From Pseudomonadota bacterium (GTDB lineage Bacteria > Pseudomonadota > Alphaproteobacteria > Rhizobiales > Aestuariivirgaceae), in contig JAEKFU010000064.1 of the NCBI GenBank assembly GCA_016522385.1, positions 1 to 35,809 on the forward strand: 35,809 nt of DNA, in the 5' to 3' direction. Below the pieces are notes generated by a model. That model had not been told where the DNA came from. It ran no database searches and saw only the letters and a list, made by a program, of their open reading frames with translations. Positions 17,793 through 24,670 of the stretch are shown piece after piece (positions within the stretch are counted from its first letter, which is position 1; every line of letters starts with the position of its first letter). The position numbers and the translations under genes are program-made.

Positions 17793-17923
17793 GGCAAGCG
17801 AGCAACCGGGGTTGGGGCGCCGGTTGACAGGATTGGAACAGACACTTGGGGCGTGAGGATAATGGACGTGCTGGCATATTCGAAGACGAACACCTGTGAA
17901 GACGGGCCAGTCCGTTCAAGTTC

Positions 17924-18062
17924 CGAAAAGACGTGGCCCGTTTCGCACCTGGACGTCAATTTGAGCGACTTGAAAGGGATGGCTCTAGAGCACCACTCAA
18001 AGCTTGCCATGTACAATATGGGCTGCGCCAGGACTGCAACCCTAATTGCCCACAGGCCCTAA
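17924..18062 (+). repeat. copy B of the ~140-nt intergenic repeat element (paralogue of 5445-5584)
   Basis: See copy A. The alignment is ungapped with 99/139 identical positions. The element ends with TAA at 18060-18062, directly abutting the ATG of the ABC ATPase at 18063. Confidence 0.75.
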
Positions 18063-18998
18063 ATGCACGACGATCCGGCAGTCAGTGTTAGCGGCCTGTT
18101 TAAGTCCTATGCCGGTGTACCGGCAGTACGCGGCATTTCGTTTGACATCGCCCCTGGCGAGACATTCGCCCTGCTTGGCCCAAACGGCGCGGGCAAAACG
18201 TCGACGATCGAAATCCTCGAAGGTTATCGAAAACGGACTGCCGGCCATGTTAATGTCCTCGGCTTTGATCCAGGTGAAAATTGCCGCGAATTTCGCGAAT
18301 GCATTGGCCTTGTCCTGCAATCGACCGCCTTGGAGCCAGAGCTGACGGTAATTGAGACCGTTACCGCATTCTCGCAATTCTATCCTGAGCCGCTGCGTGT
18401 AGAGGGATTACTGAAAACTGTCGGACTCGCCGATCGCCGCGACAACCGCGTTAGGACACTATCGGGCGGTCAGCAACGGCGTCTGGAGATAGCTCTTGGC
18501 CTCATTGGCAACCCTGAAGTCGTTTTTCTGGACGAGCCAACCACCGGTCTCGACCCAGACGCCCGCGCCGGTGTCTGGCACTTGATCCGCAAACTTTCCC
18601 AAAAAGGCAAGACCGTCATACTGTCTTCGCATCACATGGAAGAGGTCGAGGCCTTGGCGCATCGCCTGGCCATCCTGGTGGCCGGAAAAATCTGTGCATC
18701 CGGCACTGTGGCCGACCTGTTGCATGAATTCGGCGGTCATTCCCGCTTCAGCTTCTGGTGGCCGTTTGATCAGCTCCCCTACAATCTGCCTCCAGCGCTT
18801 GGCAGCCTGCATCACGGTCATGACAACTGGGTTAGCTTTTCGGTCGCCGAACCCGGCAAGGCCCTGGTGCAACTCACCGGCTGGGCCCATCATTACGGTG
18901 TAAATCTGGATTCACTGACGATTACCAAGCCAACCCTTGAGGACATCTATTTGTCTCTGACCGGCGCGCGCCAAAAATCGGGCGGGCCGGACCGGTGA
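18063..18998 (+). CDS. ABC transporter ATP-binding protein (ABC-2 / DrrA-type exporter ATPase)
   Basis: 311-aa ORF with Walker A (GPNGAGKTS), Q-loop, ABC signature (LSGGQQRRL), Walker B (VVFLDEPTTGLD) and H-loop (SSHHMEE). Confidence 0.9.
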   Translation: MHDDPAVSVSGLFKSYAGVPAVRGISFDIAPGETFALLGPNGAGKTSTIEILEGYRKRTAGHVNVLGFDPGENCREFRECIGLVLQSTALEPELTVIETVTAFSQFYPEPLRVEGLLKTVGLADRRDNRVRTLSGGQQRRLEIALGLIGNPEVVFLDEPTTGLDPDARAGVWHLIRKLSQKGKTVILSSHHMEEVEALAHRLAILVAGKICASGTVADLLHEFGGHSRFSFWWPFDQLPYNLPPALGSLHHGHDNWVSFSVAEPGKALVQLTGWAHHYGVNLDSLTITKPTLEDIYLSLTGARQKSGGPDR

Positions 18999-19783
18999 TG
19001 CTGGTGAAACAAATACAATACCAATTGATGCTGTTCTTCAGACGGCCCGCCGCGCTGTTCTTCGTCATAGTCATGCCGGTGGTGCTGCTCGCCCTGCTCA
19101 CCCAGATACTGGGCAATGATCCTATACCCGGTCAGACGACGACGTCGGCACAGTTCTATACGCCGGCTCTTGCTGTCTTCGGTGTCGTCACGGCCTGTTT
19201 CACCTATCTGGCCGTTTCCACAGCAACGTCGCGCGATCAGGGTATCCTCAAACGCATCCGCGGCACGCCCTTGCCGCCGTCGGTCTACATGACGGCAAGG
19301 ATTATCTCAGTCACTGTCATCGCCCTTATATCCGCGGCCCTCGTCATCGCGTCAGGCGTGATCTTTCTTGATGTCGAAATGCAATGGGATAAGGCCGTCG
19401 CCGGTCTGTTCATTCTTGTCACCGGAGGCCTCAGCTTTGCCGCGCTCGGCATGATGGTCGTGGCCTTGTGCCGGTCGAGCGAAACCGTTCAGGCGGTTGT
19501 CAACGCCACATTGCTGCCGCTCGCCTTCCTGTCGGAGATCTTCATCCGCCCGGGCCGCGAGTTGCCGGACTGGATGATCTGGACAGCAGATTTCTTTCCG
19601 CTAAAGCATTTCAGTGTCGCCCTTGGCAACGCCTTTAAACCCTCGCTTGAGGGGTATGGCTTTACCTGGACGGATGCAGATGACGCGTTCAGCGTTTTGC
19701 CCGAATTCCTTATTCTGCTCGCATGGGGTCTGTTTGCTGGCGTGATCGCGGTTCGATTCTTCAAATGGGATGTCAGGTTGTGA
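18995..19783 (+). CDS. ABC-2 type transporter permease
   Basis: 262-aa ORF with about 6 hydrophobic segments. The start (GTG 18995 or ATG 18998) overlaps the ATPase stop (GTGATG). Confidence 0.85.
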   Translation: MMLVKQIQYQLMLFFRRPAALFFVIVMPVVLLALLTQILGNDPIPGQTTTSAQFYTPALAVFGVVTACFTYLAVSTATSRDQGILKRIRGTPLPPSVYMTARIISVTVIALISAALVIASGVIFLDVEMQWDKAVAGLFILVTGGLSFAALGMMVVALCRSSETVQAVVNATLLPLAFLSEIFIRPGRELPDWMIWTADFFPLKHFSVALGNAFKPSLEGYGFTWTDADDAFSVLPEFLILLAWGLFAGVIAVRFFKWDVRL

Positions 19784-19801
19784 TGGTTCGAACTGTTCAG
19801 A

Positions 19802-20302
19802 TTAGATCTGCTTCAGCAACTCGAGCCAGCGCTGTATTCGAGCTTCATTGACTCCAAGGTCCGAATAGCCGATCTGACTGCGCGAGTAGATCGCCAGCGT
19901 CGAACGTTGCCCAGACAAAGCCAGGAACTTAACCGAAATCGTATCCGGGAACTTAAGCAGTGGGCTGCGCTGAACATACCGGATCGTCAAATCGGTGTTG
20001 GATTCGTCGACCAATTGCAAACGGGGCTCTCTGGCCCAAGTCTCTTTCGCGCGTGCCATCAATGCGCTGGCCGCCAGTTCAAACTCCGGTGGTTCCATAT
20101 CAGATGAACTGGACGTACACACTGTAGCCGGACAGACAAGAAAAGCATTTGGCCTGGTGGACTTCTCCATCGTCGCGAAGTCGATTTGCCCAAGATCGGC
20201 CGGTCCCGCCAACATGGTCCATACCTGGTTTGGCCAGACCAGCAGCGCCGCGCCCAAGACAAAGGCGACCACAGCAGTGGCGATCACTATACCTTTACGC
20301 AT
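19802..20302 (-). CDS. DUF1499 domain protein with an N-terminal membrane anchor or signal
   Basis: 166-aa ORF with N-terminal hydrophobic segment MRKGIVIATAVVAFVLGAALLVW. The C-terminal block FPDTISVKF...IYSRSQIGYSDLGVNEARIQRWL matches the DUF1499 signature as I remember it. Confidence 0.75.
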   Translation of the reverse strand: MRKGIVIATAVVAFVLGAALLVWPNQVWTMLAGPADLGQIDFATMEKSTRPNAFLVCPATVCTSSSSDMEPPEFELAASALMARAKETWAREPRLQLVDESNTDLTIRYVQRSPLLKFPDTISVKFLALSGQRSTLAIYSRSQIGYSDLGVNEARIQRWLELLKQI

Positions 20303-20473
20303 TTCTATCCGAATTCACCATTTCCGGGAACGAAAGGCCTAACGCAGTTGTCTGGCAACTTCGAGGCGGCACGAACCCAGCCGACAACAGGCCCTGGGCG
20401 TTGTCCACACATTCGGTGCCGGCAGGCCCGCTGGGCACCGCTAACCTAGGGGCAATCGTTGCGCGGGCGCCAA

Positions 20474-21577
20474 TTAACGATGCGACCTGAGCAAAATGGC
20501 ACGCGCCTGTTCTACCCATTGTTCGCGCTCAATCCGCCCGGGGAAATCCAGCACGGTGTTCACGCGATCGATGTCGGCTGGTGTGAATTCTGAGATCTGC
20601 CGGAACGATGTGATTCCGAGGTTGATGAGCTTTTCTTGTAGAGCCTCACCAATACCGTTGATCATCGTCAAATCATCAACCTGCACACCTGTCTCATCTG
20701 CCGCACGTGTTTGCTCTGAAACGTACTCCGCTTCGCTCACTGTATCGACGGCTTCCTCGTCCGACTGGGTTTCAAGAGCCACCTGAGCCGCAGCGAGCTC
20801 TGTCTCGAGTCGTTCCACCTCGTCATCCTGCTGACGTAGACGTTCCTGAAGTTCAGCGATCTGGGTACGGGCCTCTTCGGCCTCACCACGGCTTTCGGCT
20901 TGCGCTTGCTGTAACTCTTGTTCGAGACGCTCGCGTGCCTGTTCAGCGCTGTCGCGCGCTGCCTCTACACTGTCAAGCCGGGCACCAAGATCTTTGCTTT
21001 CTGATCGCAACTGATTGACTTCGGAGGTCCTCTCCGCGTCGGCAGCTGTCGCCTTCTCCAAATCCGAGCGGATCCCGACTAGGTCAGATTCGAGATCGTC
21101 GGCTCGTTTGGTGGCCGCGGCTTCTTCAGACTTGAGATCTGACAACGCCTGTTTTGTCTCTGCGTGTTTGTCAAGTTCGCGTTTCAATTTCTCTTCGCCA
21201 GTCGCAAGTTCGGCCTGGAGCGACTCGATGCGCTCGAGCGCAGAGGCTTCGTTCGCCTCTGCTTTGGTCAATAGGCGTTTGGTTTTTCTGTGTTCATTGC
21301 GCGCCTTCTTGAGCTTCTCGTCGCTCTTGTCCAGATCGGCCTGCAGAGAATTGGCCTGTTCCTTGGCCGACACCACCTTAGCTTCCGTCTTGGACAAGGT
21401 TTGCTGTGTCTTCTGGTGGCTTTGCTGTTCGGATTTCAGGGCCTCTTCGGCTCTGCTGCGCTGCTGCGAGAACTGTGCTTCGCGGTCTGCCAACTGCCTT
21501 CTGTTCTGGAGACCGAAATAGAGCCATGCCAATAGCACACCGACGGCAAAACCAACTACAAGCCATAGGATTTCCAT
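20474..21577 (-). CDS. membrane-anchored coiled-coil protein with 42-residue repeats and a C-terminal helix-hairpin-helix-like domain
   Basis: 367-aa ORF with an N-terminal TM (MEILWLVVGFAVGVLLAWLYFGL) and about 270 aa of E/K/Q/A/L-rich heptad sequence. The C-terminus is DDLTMINGIGEALQEKLINLGITSFRQISEFTPADIDRV...GRIEREQWVEQA. GGAAGGG lies upstream of the ATG. Confidence 0.8.
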   Translation of the reverse strand: MEILWLVVGFAVGVLLAWLYFGLQNRRQLADREAQFSQQRSRAEEALKSEQQSHQKTQQTLSKTEAKVVSAKEQANSLQADLDKSDEKLKKARNEHRKTKRLLTKAEANEASALERIESLQAELATGEEKLKRELDKHAETKQALSDLKSEEAAATKRADDLESDLVGIRSDLEKATAADAERTSEVNQLRSESKDLGARLDSVEAARDSAEQARERLEQELQQAQAESRGEAEEARTQIAELQERLRQQDDEVERLETELAAAQVALETQSDEEAVDTVSEAEYVSEQTRAADETGVQVDDLTMINGIGEALQEKLINLGITSFRQISEFTPADIDRVNTVLDFPGRIEREQWVEQARAILLRSHR

Positions 21578-21881
21578 AACTCTTACCCTTCCGAATTAGT
21601 TACTGATAGCTGGCGTTTGTCCGGTGATGACCAGGCTATCGCCAAACTTGCCTTGGATCGTAACACTGCTCGCATACTGCGGCCAGCCGGTTACTTGCCC
21701 ATAGTCGATCGAATGTGCGTTGTCGGCATATCGGTGCCGATTGCACGGATTCTTTACTGTTTCGCGTATAGTTGTGTTTTCAATAACACTTATGTGCAAA
21801 CGAGTGCCATTTGGATGACGGCAGAATGTGCTTGATTTTCGCGCGGAATCCATGTTCTCACAGGGTCAATCGTTTCCCGGC

Positions 21882-21956
<75 letters not shown>

Positions 21957-22017
21957 TCCGACAACAGCAATCGTTTGCGGTTGAGCGCGGAGCATCAGGA
22001 ACATACGATAGTCTCAC

Positions 22018-23520
22018 ATGAATCGCCTGACCTACCAGCTTGGCGCCATGCTACAAAAGCGGCGCGCGCCGATCATCGAATTTAACCGCGTGTCCTTTGT
22101 CATCGGCATTCTGCTGCTCGTACTGACACTGTTCATGTTCCCGCCGGCAATCACCGATGTCATTGCCTCCAACCCGGACTGGAAGGTCTTTGCCGGTTCG
22201 GCCTTTGTGACCGGCTTTATCGGCATGATGCTGGTGATGATGAGTCGTGGCCGCTGGTCCAACGAGGTTTCCCTGAGAGAGGGCTTTATCCTGACTGTCG
22301 CGAGTTGGGTCGTACTGGCGACGTTTGCCGCCATGCCGTTTGTGTTTCTTGGTCGCGGCCTCAGTTTGATTGATGCCTGGTTCGAGGCTGTTTCAGGTTT
22401 GACGACGACCGGCTCAACCATCATGACCGGCCTCGATGAATTGCCGCCAGGAATTCTGCTGTGGCGCTCGATCATTCAGTGGATCGGCGGCATTGGCATC
22501 GTCGTCATGGCGCTGATCATGTTGCCGTTCCTCAAGGTCGGCGGCATGCAGCTATTCCAGACCGAGAGCTCCGATCGCAGCGACAAGTTCGTGCCGCGGG
22601 CCCGCGAGGTCATGGGGTTAATCGCCTTTACCTATGTCGCGCTGACCGCAGCCTGCGCTATTGCCTACGGGGCAGCCGGCATGTCAGCCTTCGATGCCCT
22701 CAATCACGCCATGACCACGATCGCCACAGCCGGATTTTCCACTCACGACCTCTCTTTCGGCTATTTCAAGGAGGCAGCGATCCACTGGGTTGCGTTCGTC
22801 TTCATGTTTGCCTCCAGCCTGCCGCTGGTGTTGTACGTCAAGGCAGTCAAGTCCCGCTCGCTGAACGTCTTTGAGGATCAACAGGTGCGTGGTTTTTGCA
22901 AGATGGTCGCCGCCATTCTGATCGGTTTGACCCTGTGGTTGGCATCACGGCCGGAAATCTCACTGGCCGAGGCACTCCGCACCGTGTGCTTCAATGCCAT
23001 GGCGATCATCTCGACCACCGGCTATGTTTATGGCGACTATACCGCCTGGGGAGCCGGTGCCGTCGGCACGTTCTTTGTTCTGATGTTTCTCGGCGGTTGC
23101 ACTGGCTCGACCACCGGCGGCATGAAGGCCTTTCGGTTGCAGGTCATGCTGCTAAGTTCGTTCAATTATATCCGCCAGCTGATGAGCCCCAATCGGGTGG
23201 TTGTCGCCACTTATAATGGCAAGCAGATCACTGGCGATATTGCCTCCTCAGTGCTGGCTTACCTGTCGGTGATGTTTGCATCGGTGATGATTTTCACCGT
23301 TACCCTGTCGTTCTTTGGGCTTGATTTCATCACCAGTTTGAGCGGTGCGCTGACGGCACTTGCTAATGTTGGCCCGGCGCTCGGGCCCCAGATCGGGCCG
23401 GCCGGCAATTTCGGCGCGCTGCCCGATGGAGCAAAGGTGGTTTTGGTCGTCGGCATGCTGCTTGGGCGCCTGGAGTTCTTTACTGTTCTTGTCGTACTGA
23501 GCAGGGATTTCTGGCGCTAG
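22018..23520 (+). CDS. trkH: TrkH-family potassium uptake protein
   Basis: 500-aa polytopic ORF with reiterated pore-loop-like motifs (SGLTTTGSTI, TIATAGFST, AIISTTGYV, GGCTGSTTGGMK), characteristic of TrkH/KtrB. Confidence 0.9.
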   Translation: MNRLTYQLGAMLQKRRAPIIEFNRVSFVIGILLLVLTLFMFPPAITDVIASNPDWKVFAGSAFVTGFIGMMLVMMSRGRWSNEVSLREGFILTVASWVVLATFAAMPFVFLGRGLSLIDAWFEAVSGLTTTGSTIMTGLDELPPGILLWRSIIQWIGGIGIVVMALIMLPFLKVGGMQLFQTESSDRSDKFVPRAREVMGLIAFTYVALTAACAIAYGAAGMSAFDALNHAMTTIATAGFSTHDLSFGYFKEAAIHWVAFVFMFASSLPLVLYVKAVKSRSLNVFEDQQVRGFCKMVAAILIGLTLWLASRPEISLAEALRTVCFNAMAIISTTGYVYGDYTAWGAGAVGTFFVLMFLGGCTGSTTGGMKAFRLQVMLLSSFNYIRQLMSPNRVVVATYNGKQITGDIASSVLAYLSVMFASVMIFTVTLSFFGLDFITSLSGALTALANVGPALGPQIGPAGNFGALPDGAKVVLVVGMLLGRLEFFTVLVVLSRDFWR

Positions 23521-23630
23521 AGCGCGTCTGGCCTTGATGGAAATATCAAGACCAGAAAAAGACCTGATCGACTTCAAAATGATAGAGAACGATTGTCGTG
23601 TGAAGTGCTTCCATCTCAGAAAGACACGCT

Positions 23631-24209
23631 CTAGTCTTTTGGCGGTTGTCTGTCAGACAGGCCCACCTGGTTGGTCTGTCGCCAGTTTTCTGGGCGCTCG
23701 AAGGGTCCTTGCCAGATGCCGCGTCCGGCCTTTTCGGCATCTCTTTCCGCGCGCGCATAGCTCAATGAGTGCCTCGTATAGGCGACTGCCCATCCTGCCT
23801 TGACCATGGCTTCGTTTAGCTCGAGCCCGTTCACCGAGCAAACCCCGACTGTTCGATCGTAACGATCGGTATCGATGATCTGACAGCTCACGGGTACATT
23901 GCTGATCAGTTGCCGCAGATGGCGGGTTGCCAGTCTGCCGCAGGCATAGCTGTTGCCCCTGCCATCCTTGCAGCTTTGACGATACTCGGGCGCATCAATG
24001 CCATACAGTCGAATTTCGTCCGCCCCGTCGCGCAGTGAGTCGCCGTCTAACACATGCACGGACGAATATATCGTTTGTGGACTGAGGGTCCGGATGATCA
24101 GGATGGCACCACCGGCCAGCAGGATAAACAACAGCCCATCGGCAATCTTGCGCCATACCGGGCGTGGTCTGTCTAGCCACCGAATCGAGTCGCCACGGTG
24201 CTCACTCAT
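23631..24209 (-). CDS. membrane-anchored thermonuclease (staphylococcal nuclease, SNase) family protein
   Basis: The ORF 23631..24233 probably starts at ATG 24209, which overlaps the moaE stop (ATGA). It has a TM segment (IADGLLFILLAGGAILII). SNase blocks are present: IRLYGIDAPE, DRYDRTVGVC, LNEAMVKAGWAVAY and AEKAGRGIW. Confidence 0.85.
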   Translation of the reverse strand: MSEHRGDSIRWLDRPRPVWRKIADGLLFILLAGGAILIIRTLSPQTIYSSVHVLDGDSLRDGADEIRLYGIDAPEYRQSCKDGRGNSYACGRLATRHLRQLISNVPVSCQIIDTDRYDRTVGVCSVNGLELNEAMVKAGWAVAYTRHSLSYARAERDAEKAGRGIWQGPFERPENWRQTNQVGLSDRQPPKD

Positions 24210-24670
24210 CCGTTGCCGGGATCCTTCAACCAACGGTCACGTGCGGTATTGTCACGTTCCTCGGCCGCGACCCAATCCGCGCCGTCTGACCGCGTCTCGA
24301 GCTTCCAGAAAGGTGCCGACGTCTTTAGCCAATCCATCAGGAATTCACAGGCTTCGAACGCTGCAGCCCGGTGCGCCGAAAGGACGATCACCAGAACGAT
24401 GTCTTCTCCTGGCTCCATGCGGCCGTAACGGTGCACGATCAAAGTTTCATCAAGCGGCCAGCGCTCGTGGGCCTGTGCCTCGATGTCGCCAAGCGCCTTT
24501 TCCGTCATGCCCGGATAGTGTTCCAGCGTCATGGCGCTGATCTTTTCAATTCCACTGCCCTCTCGCACCGTGCCGACAAACATTGCCGTGGCGCCGCTTG
24601 TCGTGTTGCCTTTGCGCAGTCTTGACAGCTCCGCACCGGCATCGAACGGGTCCTGCTGCACCTTGATCAT
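24206..24670 (-). CDS. moaE: molybdopterin synthase catalytic subunit
   Basis: 154-aa ORF containing MFVGTVRE, TLEHYPGMTEKAL, RWPL, IVHRYGRMEPGEDIVLV, SAHRAAAFEACEFLMDWLKTSAPFWK. It is collinear with E. coli MoaE as I recall that sequence. Confidence 0.95.
   Translation of the reverse strand: MIKVQQDPFDAGAELSRLRKGNTTSGATAMFVGTVREGSGIEKISAMTLEHYPGMTEKALGDIEAQAHERWPLDETLIVHRYGRMEPGEDIVLVIVLSAHRAAAFEACEFLMDWLKTSAPFWKLETRSDGADWVAAEERDNTARDRWLKDPGNG

Noticed and set aside
17853-18062. A 69-aa ORF ending TAA|ATG at the ABC ATPase start, considered as a precursor peptide, leader peptide or small regulatory protein.
   Set aside because: Its 3' 46 codons are repeat copy B. Compared with copy A, substitutions show no third-position bias (10/14/16). 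The start codon is not conserved between the copies and the SD is poor. The antisense ORF 17789..18016 shares the same third positions, so the high GC3 is uninformative. The region is kept as a repeat rather than a CDS.
21596-21853. An 85-aa minus-strand ORF upstream of the coiled-coil gene.
   Set aside because: The position is plausible, 18 nt before the next start. However, the first half has AT-rich third positions unlike other genes here, and there is no SD and no recognisable family. I could not support it as a CDS.
23619-23640. The hairpin AAAGAC-N8-GTCTTT(T) between the convergent trkH and nuclease genes, considered as a bidirectional terminator.
   Set aside because: The stem is only 6 bp and AT-rich, and it overlaps the nuclease stop codon. 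That is too weak to call.
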